Shown piece after piece: positions 1 to 9,428 of a stretch of DNA of 64,000 nt; position 1 is the stretch's first letter, and every line of letters begins with the position of its first letter. Under the pieces are notes generated by a model. The model was not told the origin of the DNA. It made no database searches and saw nothing but the letters and a program-made list of their open reading frames with translations. Made by a program: the position numbers and the translations under genes. This stretch comes from a virus (taxonomy: Duplodnaviria > Heunggongvirae > Uroviricota > Caudoviricetes). The stretch lies in IMG/VR virus record IMGVR_UViG_3300012665_001805; one strand, given 5' to 3'.

Positions 1-54
1 CGACCTGCTTATCTTTAAATACGAGTTTTTCAAGGGTACAGGCCATGTTTTGCT

Positions 55-864
55 CTAGGCAGCCATGAATTCGGCTGCCGTTGCAAACAATTTTTGGTTG
101 ATTTCCATGTCTTGTTTGAAGTTCTTCACTTTACGTGCTTTACGAACTCTTGTTCCAATCATATATGTAAAATCTCCATCAATGATTTTCTCTTGAATCA
201 CATTAAATACTGACCATAAATCGGTACCTTTGTCTTCAGGACGTGTTGGCTCTAACAATTTATCCAAATCGATATTCACAGCCTCAATTTGTTCTTCTGT
301 GAAACGTGTTGCTAATGCTTTTTTAGCTAAATCTTGAGCTTGCTCATCAGTCAATTGGATTTGTTTCATTTTATTCATTGATTCAACTGTCAAAGGTAAT
401 TGCTCAACCATTGCTCGGATTTGTACTTGCAATTCCTCAAATGTGTAACCCATGTGACGCATTTTCACATCATTGAACTGCTCAGTTGAAATAACCAAAC
501 CATTCTCACATACCATTCGGAATAAACCCGCTGTAAATGTAAACGCGTTTTTACCATCGTTTGAATTTGTTAATAAGATTTGTGGAAATACTGTGTCTCC
601 GTCTGCACCATTGATGACTACATCATTGTTACGGAATACAACTAAATGTTTTTGGAATCCTTTTGTTGCATCTTTACGTGCTTTTACCTCTTTGGCATCA
701 ACTACACCCCAACCTAATTGCTCCATATCTTCAATCACTTTGAATGTTGGAATGTGGGTAAATTTGTCTGAAACCGTCGGAGCGGCTGTTTCTGTAAAAA
801 TTGACTTAGCGCGTTGCTTAACTTCATCTAATGTCAAAAAATTGTCTTGGCTTAAATCTAACAT
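55..864 (-). CDS. DUF932-like phage/plasmid protein (paralog A)
   Basis: 269 aa; paralogous to ORF 1684..2430 with shared motif G(L/M)FR(M/Q)VC(E/S)NG(L/M), reminiscent of DUF932-family proteins of phages/plasmids. Confidence 0.45.
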   Translation of the reverse strand: MLDLSQDNFLTLDEVKQRAKSIFTETAAPTVSDKFTHIPTFKVIEDMEQLGWGVVDAKEVKARKDATKGFQKHLVVFRNNDVVINGADGDTVFPQILLTNSNDGKNAFTFTAGLFRMVCENGLVISTEQFNDVKMRHMGYTFEELQVQIRAMVEQLPLTVESMNKMKQIQLTDEQAQDLAKKALATRFTEEQIEAVNIDLDKLLEPTRPEDKGTDLWSVFNVIQEKIIDGDFTYMIGTRVRKARKVKNFKQDMEINQKLFATAAEFMAA

Positions 865-894
865 AACTTTTCTTTTTTTCCTTATTTATACTTT

Positions 895-904
895 AATATA
901 CGAA
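895..904 (-). promoter_or_regulatory. promoter-like motif (minus sense TTCGTATATT)
   Basis: ~30 nt upstream of start of ORF 55..864. Confidence 0.45.
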
Positions 905-925
905 TTCTCTTTTACTTCTCCAAAT

Positions 926-1276
926 TTATTTTACAAAAAGCTGAACTAATAGTATGGCAAGTGCTAATCCTAAACAAATTAATGTTTTTGTTGTTAATGG
1001 TTCATTAAACACAGACCAACTCAATAAACTAAAAACTATTGCACCTATTGAAAATCCAATTAAACGTGACGGCCACATTTGTCCATCAAATGCCATAACC
1101 ATGTTTTTAACTGAGTACATGAATAACATTGAAATAGGTATTCCCATTAATACTGTTAACCAGTAGTGATTTTTAAACCACTCATACTTCATAGGGCCTT
1201 GTAATTGGAAGAATGTTGCTACTTGAGCTAAAAATCCAAAAAACATTCCTACCAATAACGCTCCTACATTTACCAT
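926..1276 (-). CDS. small integral membrane protein
   Basis: 116 aa, 3-4 hydrophobic helices. Confidence 0.35.
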   Translation of the reverse strand: MVNVGALLVGMFFGFLAQVATFFQLQGPMKYEWFKNHYWLTVLMGIPISMLFMYSVKNMVMAFDGQMWPSRLIGFSIGAIVFSLLSWSVFNEPLTTKTLICLGLALAILLVQLFVK

Positions 1277-1623
1277 TACTTATAAAATTTACTATCATCA
1301 ATTTCCAATTCAAACTCAAACGAGTCATCTTTGTAGTAATCATCTTCCTCTTCCTCCTCACTGAAGTCATCAAAGTCATCTTCATCGTCTCGGTACTCAG
1401 GTAACAATCCTAATTTCTCAATTAACCACCATGTTCTGTCTTTGTACAAATCGATTGATACACCTTCAATTTCCTCTACACCATTGTCCGTCAATTGGGC
1501 CAAGTGAGCAATCAAATCGCATGTTAAATTGTCCATCTCATCGATATCATAACCACCTGCTTTGAACTTTGATTTGATGTTTAAGAACTTTGTCTCAATA
1601 ATATTTTTTTCCTTTTTAGCCAT
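1276..1623 (-). CDS. acidic hypothetical protein (poly D/E C-terminal tail)
   Basis: 115 aa; C-terminus DDEDDFDDFSEEEEEDDYY; motif AATATACGAA on plus strand at 1651-1660 just upstream of start. Confidence 0.4.
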   Translation of the reverse strand: MAKKEKNIIETKFLNIKSKFKAGGYDIDEMDNLTCDLIAHLAQLTDNGVEEIEGVSIDLYKDRTWWLIEKLGLLPEYRDDEDDFDDFSEEEEEDDYYKDDSFEFELEIDDSKFYK

Positions 1624-1654
1624 AACTTTTATTTCTTATTTTATACATTTAATA

Positions 1655-1680
1655 TACGAAAGCCCTCTTACGAGGGCTAT
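1655..1680 (-). terminator. hairpin GCCCTC-TTAC-GAGGGC followed (minus sense) by TTTCGTATATT promoter-like motif
   Basis: perfect 6-bp GC stem at 1662-1677 between two minus-strand genes. Confidence 0.4.
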
Positions 1681-1683
1681 TCC

Positions 1684-2430
1684 TTAAGCAAAACTTTCAA
1701 CTAATGAAAACAGTTGTTGATTCAATCTGATATCTTCTTTCATGTTTGTAACATCATGTGTTAGGTTTTCCTGGATGCGATTGAATACAGTCCACAAATC
1801 ATTACTTTCATCTTCAACTCTATTAACTGCGAATAGATCATCAATATTGATTTTATCTAAATTATCATATCTCAAACGAGCTGCTTCAATAGCTAACTTA
1901 CGCATATCTTCAATTGATAATCCTTTATGTTTCATTTCATTTACTTCAGTTAGCAATTTATTTGCTTTACTATTCATTGAAGTAACAAAACGATCTAAAT
2001 CTCTATAGTTAATTTCAGTATGTTTGATTTTTTGTGATTCAGCTTGTTGATCAAATCTAATCATACCATTTGAACATACTTGACGGAACATACCTAAGCT
2101 CATTTGTAATGGTTGAGCTCCGTTACAGCTATTTGATAATGTAATTGAAGTAAACGCTTCGTGTTTACCTTGTTTGTTTTGTATAGCAAAATCAGGATGT
2201 TGTAGCTGAACATAGTTGTTTGATATTTTACGATTGCTACCTCGTTGTTCAGAAACTCCGCTTAATCTCCATCCTTCATCTTGTAGTTTTGTAACTAAAT
2301 CTAGTGTTGGGATATAAAATTCCTTTTGTTTAATACGTTGTACGTTTCGAATGTTATTGTTATCTAACGTGTTAGCAAATGCTATTGCTTTGTTTAAGTC
2401 ATTATCGACTTGAATAAATTTGTTTTTCAT
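1684..2430 (-). CDS. DUF932-like phage/plasmid protein (paralog B)
   Basis: 248 aa; shares GMFRQVCSNGMI core and overall collinearity with ORF 55..864. Confidence 0.45.
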   Translation of the reverse strand: MKNKFIQVDNDLNKAIAFANTLDNNNIRNVQRIKQKEFYIPTLDLVTKLQDEGWRLSGVSEQRGSNRKISNNYVQLQHPDFAIQNKQGKHEAFTSITLSNSCNGAQPLQMSLGMFRQVCSNGMIRFDQQAESQKIKHTEINYRDLDRFVTSMNSKANKLLTEVNEMKHKGLSIEDMRKLAIEAARLRYDNLDKINIDDLFAVNRVEDESNDLWTVFNRIQENLTHDVTNMKEDIRLNQQLFSLVESFA

Positions 2431-2632
2431 AACAGTTTTTATTTTTTATTAGTTGAATAAATAGGTTTAACATTACCTTTACTATCGATTGTATACGATA
2501 TAGGTTGTTTTAAATTGTTCGCTTTGTTGTAGCGACCTTTTGCAGTTGATTTACCTCCTGAACAGCTCATAATTTTATCCTTTTAAATATGATTGAATAT
2601 ACGAAAGGAGGATTGCTCCTCCTATTCATTTA

Positions 2633-3436
2633 TTATTCTTCTTCTTGATTAAAAGCGTAATGAACTCCGTCCTTGTAGATCGAAAAGTAGATTTTAAAAT
2701 CTTTATCGCAATCACGATTCTTTTCGAAATGCATTGATCGCTCTAAACCATCTCTACTACGCTCAACTTTACAAAACGCTTCCATCATGTGTTTCAATCG
2801 GTTTGATCCTGCAAATTCATCTGATTTAGTCATTTGCTGGATATTGATGAATGAAGTATAGTAATTTTGTTTGTTTTTACCTTTTTTAACTTCATCTTGC
2901 AATTTCAAAAACCATGATTCAGCTTGTTTTGATGTACCTCCGTTTTGATCTTTGTACATATCTAAAATCTCTGCGATTGAATCAACTGCGATTACATCAT
3001 ATCCTAAGCTGAATACGTGTTCAACTGTTTCTTTGATACTATCCATATGATCTTTCAAAAACAATGTTTGAACACAACCAAATGCAGGCATTCTTCGACA
3101 GTATTTGTAATGACCGATTTGATCCATTTCGCCTTGTACTAACAAGCATTTCAAACCTTGCATTGTAAACTTAGATAACATATCCATTACTAACGTTGAC
3201 TTACCTGAACCAGGACCACCTGCGATCATCATTGATGTACCTGGCATTAAACCACCATCAGTAGATAAAATCAAATCTACTTCAGTATTTGTTTTTAATG
3301 GTACGAATAATGATTCGTTGAATGATAAATCGTTACCTCTAAATAACTTTACTGATGCAGGGTTGAATGATGTTTCAACTTTTTGTTTTGCAGGACGACC
3401 TCTTTTCACTGTAATTTCTCTTTTTTCAATCTTCAT
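2633..3436 (-). CDS. RecA-superfamily ATPase (DnaB C-terminal/Sak4-like), N-terminal AT-hook-like KRGRPAK
   Basis: Walker A GGPGSGKST, Walker B hhhhD (VIAVDSIAE), 267 aa. Confidence 0.55.
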   Translation of the reverse strand: MKIEKREITVKRGRPAKQKVETSFNPASVKLFRGNDLSFNESLFVPLKTNTEVDLILSTDGGLMPGTSMMIAGGPGSGKSTLVMDMLSKFTMQGLKCLLVQGEMDQIGHYKYCRRMPAFGCVQTLFLKDHMDSIKETVEHVFSLGYDVIAVDSIAEILDMYKDQNGGTSKQAESWFLKLQDEVKKGKNKQNYYTSFINIQQMTKSDEFAGSNRLKHMMEAFCKVERSRDGLERSMHFEKNRDCDKDFKIYFSIYKDGVHYAFNQEEE

Positions 3437-3458
3437 AACTTTCCTTTTTATTTGCTTA

Positions 3459-3468
3459 AATATACGAA
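3459..3468 (-). promoter_or_regulatory. promoter-like motif (minus sense TTCGTATATTTAAGCAAATAAAAAG)
   Basis: 26-nt extended match to copy at 3748-3757; upstream of ORF 2633..3436. Confidence 0.5.
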
Positions 3469-3496
3469 CTTTTTCTTATTAAAACTATTCCTTTAC

Positions 3497-3730
3497 TTAA
3501 TGATTTCTACTCCATGCTTCAGCACCTGTAGTATTATCATGTTGAGGCCAATTGTGGTTAAACATTATGTTTGGATTATGATATGCCCAATAGTAAACGA
3601 TTGACAATATCAACCACAACCAAAACAAAATAAAATATTTACCAAATAAACCTCTTATAAACCATCTGATGAAAGAGATTGCTAGACCAAACAATAATAC
3701 ACCTTCTAATAATCTAAAAAATCCTTTCAT
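3497..3730 (-). CDS. small membrane protein
   Basis: 77 aa, two TM helices, W-rich; promoter-like motif at 3748-3757. Confidence 0.3.
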   Translation of the reverse strand: MKGFFRLLEGVLLFGLAISFIRWFIRGLFGKYFILFWLWLILSIVYYWAYHNPNIMFNHNWPQHDNTTGAEAWSRNH

Positions 3731-3747
3731 CCCTTTTTATTTGCTTA

Positions 3748-3757
3748 AATATACGAA
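3748..3757 (-). promoter_or_regulatory. promoter-like motif (TTCGTATATTTAAGCAAATAAAAAG)
   Basis: upstream of ORF 3497..3730. Confidence 0.5.
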
Positions 3758-3781
3758 ATTAATTTTACTACTCTTGTTCCT

Positions 3782-3991
3782 TTACAAATACTCTATCTCT
3801 AATTTGAATGTAGTTCCTTGTTGAATCATTCTTACTTGCTCTAAATTATTCAGTGGTTTAGCCGAATCAAAGTTATCACTGAAATCAGGGTAACCACCTA
3901 TTAAACCACAAAATACTTGGGCTAACTCATTCAACACTATAAATTCAGGTACTTTGGGTTCGCGTTTTTTCTTATCTACTAAATAACTCAT
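3782..3991 (-). CDS. hypothetical protein
   Basis: 69 aa ORF, minus strand in gene-dense context. Confidence 0.25.
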   Translation of the reverse strand: MSYLVDKKKREPKVPEFIVLNELAQVFCGLIGGYPDFSDNFDSAKPLNNLEQVRMIQQGTTFKLEIEYL

Positions 3992-4011
3992 TTTCTTAAT
4001 TTTGGATGAAC

Positions 4012-4040
4012 ATACAAAAGCCCCCTTGCGGGGGCTATTC
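4012..4040 (-). terminator. intrinsic terminator-like hairpin AGCCCCC-TTGC-GGGGGCT
   Basis: 7-bp GC stem, minus-sense followed by TTTTGTATG. Confidence 0.45.
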
Positions 4041-4063
4041 CTTTAGGCGAAAAGGATATATTT

Positions 4064-4300
4064 TTATTTTAACTCAATCTCTGAAACGTAGTAATCATGG
4101 TCTTCTTCGGAGTTTACTACATCATAAGATAATTCACAATCTAGTCTTACTGTATCTAGAATTAACATCTTTTTATTTGATATTTTATGATAAACTACAT
4201 CTCCTATTTTGAATTTATGTTTACCATGTTTTGTTACATCACAACCACAATCGCAGCTTGTTAGTAAAAATATACTCAGAATAATTACTACTAATTTCAT
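4064..4300 (-). CDS. lipoprotein
   Basis: signal peptide ending LLTSC (lipobox), 78 aa. Confidence 0.4.
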   Translation of the reverse strand: MKLVVIILSIFLLTSCDCGCDVTKHGKHKFKIGDVVYHKISNKKMLILDTVRLDCELSYDVVNSEEDHDYYVSEIELK

Positions 4301-4301
4301 A

Positions 4302-5249
4302 TTACTTTTTATTTAAGTTCAAAAACATTCCACTATTACCAGCAACTGTGGTTGGCAATTTTCCATCCCATGCTTGAGCTTTCAAATACTCAATATACAT
4401 TGGTGTGATTTGGTTTTGTTTAATCTTAATCGCTTGAGCAGCAGCATATGCATTAATGATCAATTCGGCTGAATCGGCACGAGCAACAGCTACTTTACGT
4501 TTACCCTCAGCAATCGCTGTTAAAGCTTGTTGTTCAGATGCTTCAGCTTGTTGAATCGCTTTAGTTTTGGCGATAATCGATTCTTGTAATGCCTCAGGTG
4601 GTGTGATATTAGTACGTAATTGAGACACATTAAACCATTTTGCTAATCGAATATTACACTCAGCAACAATAGATGCTTCAAATGCTTGACGATGTCCAAA
4701 GATACTATCAACTTCCCAAGTATTAGCTACGTCATTCACAGCTCCAATAATGGCATTTTTCAACCAACCTTGTTCAACTTGTTTAACATCTAAACGTAAA
4801 TTCACGAACATATCACCAATATTAGACTCTTTTAATGAGTAGTTGAATGTTGGTTTGATTGTAGCTGGGAATCCACCTTTAGTAATTACTTGTTGATCAT
4901 CGTACTCAATATGTTGTTGAAATGTAGGGAACTCTAACATTTGCTCAGTCCATGTGTTGTATACTACCCAACCTGTTTTGTATTGGTAATTTGTAACACC
5001 ACGTTGAGAACCAACTAAACTTACTTTGATACCTTTATAACCACTATCTACTTTTTCAATAGCAAATGGTTGAATTAATCCACCAATAATCGTTATTAGT
5101 AAGATAGCTACAACCTTTGTCACTAAAGACGAGTTCATCACTTCTCGATCATCACCCCAACGATCTTTTTTTACAACTGTTTTTTCTCCCTTAATGAAGG
5201 TTAAACCGGCAACAATTAAGCCTAATAGAATAATAATTCCTGTAATCAT
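4302..5249 (-). CDS. SPFH/band-7 (prohibitin/stomatin/HflC-like) membrane protein
   Basis: N-terminal TM helix, SPFH core, C-terminal Ala/Glu-rich coiled coil QQAEASEQQALTAIAEGKRKVAVARADSAE typical of HflK/C-flotillin family. Confidence 0.7.
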   Translation of the reverse strand: MITGIIILLGLIVAGLTFIKGEKTVVKKDRWGDDREVMNSSLVTKVVAILLITIIGGLIQPFAIEKVDSGYKGIKVSLVGSQRGVTNYQYKTGWVVYNTWTEQMLEFPTFQQHIEYDDQQVITKGGFPATIKPTFNYSLKESNIGDMFVNLRLDVKQVEQGWLKNAIIGAVNDVANTWEVDSIFGHRQAFEASIVAECNIRLAKWFNVSQLRTNITPPEALQESIIAKTKAIQQAEASEQQALTAIAEGKRKVAVARADSAELIINAYAAAQAIKIKQNQITPMYIEYLKAQAWDGKLPTTVAGNSGMFLNLNKK

Positions 5250-5261
5250 AACTTTTTTAAA

Positions 5262-5450
5262 TTAAATTAATTTATATAACATTTTACCTAACCGCATACT
5301 AACATAAAGCCATAATCCAGTTGCGGCAAGCTGGATATAACCATTTACTTCTCTACTTACTATATATTCGCCTAATAGTCCAGTAAGTATTCCGAATGAA
5401 AGAACAATTCCTGTGGCTTTCATTACTTTGTTTACGTGTTTATTTTTCAT
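5262..5450 (-). CDS. small membrane protein
   Basis: 62 aa, two TM helices; variant promoter motif AATATACAAA at 5459-5468. Confidence 0.3.
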   Translation of the reverse strand: MKNKHVNKVMKATGIVLSFGILTGLLGEYIVSREVNGYIQLAATGLWLYVSMRLGKMLYKLI

Positions 5451-5492
5451 TTCTCTTAATATACAAAACTTTTATTTAAATAACAAGTACTT

Positions 5493-5750
5493 TTAAAATC
5501 TTGCTAATGGATCTGATGGTGGAAGATTAATTGTTAATTCTCCTTTTGAGTTAAGTGCTTTCTCAATTGGTTTTACTTCAACTGATACTCCATTGATTTT
5601 GAATTGTCCACCTTGTTTGAGTAATTTTTTAAATAGGATTTCATGGCTTTCTTTCCATTCTTCACTTGCTTTGATGATAGTCGCTTTGTCGACTTCAACA
5701 CCATCAAATTTGATGATGATTCCTTTTCTGATTGATTGTGGTGATATCAT
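5493..5750 (-). CDS. hypothetical protein
   Basis: 85 aa. Confidence 0.3.
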   Translation of the reverse strand: MISPQSIRKGIIIKFDGVEVDKATIIKASEEWKESHEILFKKLLKQGGQFKINGVSVEVKPIEKALNSKGELTINLPPSDPLARF

Positions 5751-6016
5751 TTGCTTTCTATAACTTTAACTTGCTTAATTGCTCGTGTTGGGATTTGTAC
5801 TCGTTCATTGTTTGTTTTTCGAATATCAACTACACCTGAATCGTAGTATGTAATTCGGTTTGCTTCAAATGTAGTATTGTCTTCAAGAGTAACTACATAT
5901 GTTTCTTCAGATTCTCGTTTTATTATAAAAATAAGGGCGGATGATGTAAATAACATTACAAGCACAATAGATAATGGTTTTAATATTCTCATAATTTTTA
6001 TTTTTAATCCCACCAT
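5747..6016 (-). CDS. membrane-anchored hypothetical protein
   Basis: 89 aa, N-terminal TM. Confidence 0.3.
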   Translation of the reverse strand: MVGLKIKIMRILKPLSIVLVMLFTSSALIFIIKRESEETYVVTLEDNTTFEANRITYYDSGVVDIRKTNNERVQIPTRAIKQVKVIESK

Positions 6017-6543
6017 CCACTAATATTCTCTTCCATTATCTTAAATAGTAATTTACGAGAACGTTCTTGGTTGTTGCGGGCGATTTCTATTGCAATTCGG
6101 TGATTATCTTTATCTGTTTTGTCAATTAATTTATGTTGACGTCTATATTTGTAGAAATAGTCAATTAAATCATCTCGTGTGATGGTTGACTCCATCCTAA
6201 ACCATTTTTCAGTTTCATCAGTTGGAACAAACTCAATATCCTGGTCTAGATATTCCATGAATTCATACATGTATAGATCTTCTTGTTGGATACGAGCTAA
6301 ACGAGCACATAATAACATTTTTTCAGCATCACGTTTTGCTCTAGTATGCCAATCTCTATCACCAATATACTTGGCTTGTTTTTCCAATTTATGGATTAAC
6401 ACCTCATAGATAAATGTTTGATCCCAATCTCTATCTTTCCAAATAGTTGGAAACCAGTTCCATAGGTTTTTGACACCGTTGGCGAAATCTCTGTGGTAAT
6501 ATCTACCTTCAAATTTCCACCATAATTGAATTTTTTCTAACAT
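6004..6543 (-). CDS. hypothetical protein
   Basis: 179 aa, Trp/Tyr-rich. Confidence 0.3.
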   Translation of the reverse strand: MLEKIQLWWKFEGRYYHRDFANGVKNLWNWFPTIWKDRDWDQTFIYEVLIHKLEKQAKYIGDRDWHTRAKRDAEKMLLCARLARIQQEDLYMYEFMEYLDQDIEFVPTDETEKWFRMESTITRDDLIDYFYKYRRQHKLIDKTDKDNHRIAIEIARNNQERSRKLLFKIMEENISGWWD

Positions 6544-6553
6544 AACTATATTT

Positions 6554-7705
6554 TTAGTGACTATCTCCTACGTTGTGTTTTTCTCCGTAAATTAAATAGT
6601 CTGGGTTAATTACTTTAGCTACTTTGTTTCGTTCTCCACTTATATGTTTGATAACAATCCCTTCATGTGGTACTTTAGTTCCTTCAATGAAGTTGTTGAA
6701 TACAAACTTGTCTTGGATTTCTTGTGACCATGATCCTTTATATAGTACTTCTACATATGGTAACTCTATAATGTATTTAATTGTATATTTTGATGATAAT
6801 ACTTCTACATATTTTCCATTTTGTACTAAATCAAATCCAACAAATTCCATATCTTTCAAACCATATTCATAGTTCTTTTGGATACCTGCTCCATAAATTT
6901 CCCCATAAATGATGATACCTGATCCAATATCTTCTGGGTTGGAGTAGTTGGTAACAAAATCCCAAAGTTTTTCTTTGATCTTATATTTCTCAGCAATTGT
7001 TCTCCAAACATCAGTTGAGTAAAAACCTTGTGAGTCAGATCCTTTTTCAACGTTATGTGAACCATAAACATATTCATATTCTGCCCATTCATTACCAAAG
7101 AATCGTCTTACTTTATCCCATAAAGACAATTTACTTTTCTTTACAATACCATAACGAGCATTTGTACCATGGATTTTACGAGTAATCTCAATGTGATCTT
7201 CACTTGTAAACATTCCTGTAACATTTTTCAAGTTAGGGAACTTGTAATACACTCCAAAGTTTTGGTTTTGGTGGTATTTGAATTTACGGCCTGAAGCTAA
7301 TTGGATTTGTACTGTAGGTGGTTCATATTTGAAGATACCTAAAACTTCCATCAAATCTTCCCCTTCTTTCCAGTAATAACCAATGCCTGTAGCATATTGC
7401 TTTTTCATTTGAGGTAAGCTATTAAAAGGAATAATCAAACACTCAGAATAAACACCTCGTAATTTCACTGTTCTTACACGTTGACCTTTACGTAGATAAT
7501 TAGTTACTCCAATTGAATCTGATATTTCTTGAGGGATAACAGCATCTGTTGTTGCTACAACAACATACTCACCTACGGTGTATTCTCCTTTTTTAACAAT
7601 AGCATTCCAACCACCAACAACTGCTAATTCAATATTGTCAGCACCTTCAATTACTTTTACTTCTGTTACGATTCCTACGTAACATACACTATTATTATTT
7701 TCCAT
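6554..7705 (-). CDS. RNA ligase, Rnl2 family, with N-terminal tRNA-binding OB-fold (Trbp111/CsaA-like) domain
   Basis: motif I RKIHGTNARYGIV (T4 Rnl2 EKIHGTNF), motif IYGEIYGAGIQKNYEYG vs Rnl2 VFGEFAGPGIQKNVDYG; first ~110 aa fit the tRNA-binding OB pattern VGxVxEVxxIxGADxIxLxxVxGG...GxYVVVA. Confidence 0.75.
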   Translation of the reverse strand: MENNNSVCYVGIVTEVKVIEGADNIELAVVGGWNAIVKKGEYTVGEYVVVATTDAVIPQEISDSIGVTNYLRKGQRVRTVKLRGVYSECLIIPFNSLPQMKKQYATGIGYYWKEGEDLMEVLGIFKYEPPTVQIQLASGRKFKYHQNQNFGVYYKFPNLKNVTGMFTSEDHIEITRKIHGTNARYGIVKKSKLSLWDKVRRFFGNEWAEYEYVYGSHNVEKGSDSQGFYSTDVWRTIAEKYKIKEKLWDFVTNYSNPEDIGSGIIIYGEIYGAGIQKNYEYGLKDMEFVGFDLVQNGKYVEVLSSKYTIKYIIELPYVEVLYKGSWSQEIQDKFVFNNFIEGTKVPHEGIVIKHISGERNKVAKVINPDYLIYGEKHNVGDSH

Positions 7706-7714
7706 TTCTTACAA

Positions 7715-7912
7715 TTATTTTAAATTATTAAATGCTTCTGTTAATTTTGCATAAATAAAATCTATTTCTTCCTGAGATTCTATGGGGAATGACTCAGTTG
7801 TATCAATCTTTAATTCCATCCATCCTTCTGTGTGGTGTATTTCAATATCAATAAAATCATCACCTTTTTGAATTGAAAAGGCATCCATGTTCATTTTAAT
7901 TCCTGTAGACAT
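7715..7912 (-). CDS. hypothetical protein
   Basis: 65 aa acidic. Confidence 0.25.
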   Translation of the reverse strand: MSTGIKMNMDAFSIQKGDDFIDIEIHHTEGWMELKIDTTESFPIESQEEIDFIYAKLTEAFNNLK

Positions 7913-7915
7913 TTT

Positions 7916-8299
7916 TTATAATTTTATTTCAAATCGGTTTTTCATTTGTTCTAATTTATCTGCTGGTACTCCATGCTGGTTTACCCCCTCATGGCGATTT
8001 TCAACTACAATGGAATGTACTCGATAATCATACTGTTCAGCTAATTTATAATAAGCTTCCATTTCCCATTCTTGAGTGAATGTATTTGATACAACTACGT
8101 TATATCCCCGTTTCATCCAACCCTTAGCTTGAAATTGACACCACTCATGAGCTTGTTTAAGTTTAGTAGGATCAAATTGATAAATTCCATTCACCACAAA
8201 AAACTCATCTGCCTCAACATGTTGATTACATATCAGTTTAGCTAATGTTGATTTACCACTACCTGGTAGCCCGCGAAGTAAGATTAGTTCTTTTTTCAT
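7916..8299 (-). CDS. P-loop polynucleotide 5'-kinase-like protein (T4 Pnk kinase-domain-like)
   Basis: LLRGLPGSGKSTLAKL Walker A at N-terminus as in T4 Pnk (IGCPGSGKST); 127 aa; adjacent to RNA ligase. Confidence 0.55.
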   Translation of the reverse strand: MKKELILLRGLPGSGKSTLAKLICNQHVEADEFFVVNGIYQFDPTKLKQAHEWCQFQAKGWMKRGYNVVVSNTFTQEWEMEAYYKLAEQYDYRVHSIVVENRHEGVNQHGVPADKLEQMKNRFEIKL

Positions 8300-8334
8300 T
8301 TTAAAATAAATCGTTTAAATGTTCAGGTACAGTA

Positions 8335-8571
8335 TCAGCTATGTGCTTCTTCCAAAACCTCTTGATCATCCTCAATAATTTCTGCATCTTGTATAGTTTC
8401 TACAAATAAAAAATGTGTTTCATTTCGCAACACATGATCTACCTTTGGTAAACCATCTCTCCATATTTGTACACCTTCTAAATCAACTTTACCTTCTTTA
8501 TCTGTAAATAAAGAAATAGCGATTGTACGGTGAATTATATAGTATTTGTCGTTGTGTTTATAGAAACTCAT
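8335..8571 (-). CDS. hypothetical protein
   Basis: 78 aa. Confidence 0.25.
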   Translation of the reverse strand: MSFYKHNDKYYIIHRTIAISLFTDKEGKVDLEGVQIWRDGLPKVDHVLRNETHFLFVETIQDAEIIEDDQEVLEEAHS

Positions 8572-8861
8572 TTGATGTCGTATTGTTTTTTAAATGACTC
8601 AATAAACGATTCTCCTAATCCAATATCAACTATCTCAAAGTTAGATGGGATAAGTGGTTTACGTTTGGATGGGTTAATAATAGAATCAACACCATCTTCT
8701 GTTATTAACATATAATGTTTTTTACCTGTTGGTTTTTTATACACAACTACTGTTGGTATTTTCTTTTCAGCTGGTCTACCTTTATTTTCGTGTACATTCA
8801 TAGATTGTGTATGGGGGTAAAATGGTTTGAATTCGGTTATTTGAGTTGAAATAAAATACAC
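8568..8861 (-). CDS. hypothetical protein
   Basis: 97 aa. Confidence 0.25.
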   Translation of the reverse strand: MYFISTQITEFKPFYPHTQSMNVHENKGRPAEKKIPTVVVYKKPTGKKHYMLITEDGVDSIINPSKRKPLIPSNFEIVDIGLGESFIESFKKQYDIK

Positions 8862-9066
8862 TATCGTCTGTTGTTAGATATTCATTTGTGTATGCTATTG
8901 CATCCTGTTTCTCTCCATCAACTAATACTTTCCCTTCAATACGGTATTGGTAAAATTGAGAATATGCATCACAACTTGACTTATTTGGTCTACATGAAAA
9001 TAATAAAAAACCAATTGTAATACCTGCTAATAAATGTAAAATGTAGTAATAGATTTGTTTTTTCAT
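8782..9066 (-). CDS. lipoprotein
   Basis: signal peptide with LLFSC lipobox; promoter motif at 9108-9117. Confidence 0.35.
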   Translation of the reverse strand: MKKQIYYYILHLLAGITIGFLLFSCRPNKSSCDAYSQFYQYRIEGKVLVDGEKQDAIAYTNEYLTTDDSVFYFNSNNRIQTILPPYTIYECTRK

Positions 9067-9428
9067 AGTTTATATAATTCGTAAATACTATTTTCTGTTC
9101 TAAATTTAATATACGAAAGATCATCTGCTAAATCAAGGATTTCAGTAATTACTGTTGTTTGCCAAGTGAAGAAATGGTTAAATGGAGACATAAGTAATGA
9201 ACGACCAATTGCTGGTTCATCATGTTTTGCTTGGAAACGACCTTCATCATTCCATTCAAGCCAAATTATCGCTTTGGATTTTTTGTTTAATCCATCTCCT
9301 TCTCTAACTAATCTCCAATTAAATTCATTGTCAACTAAACCCATCAATTCAGCTTGTTGGGCATCCATTTCAAGTTCCCCGTTTTCATTCAGTGAAACTA
9401 ATGCTTTTGGTTGTACTCCTCCTATCAT
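9063..9428 (-). CDS. hypothetical protein
   Basis: 121 aa. Confidence 0.3.
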   Translation of the reverse strand: MIGGVQPKALVSLNENGELEMDAQQAELMGLVDNEFNWRLVREGDGLNKKSKAIIWLEWNDEGRFQAKHDEPAIGRSLLMSPFNHFFTWQTTVITEILDLADDLSYIKFRTENSIYELYKL

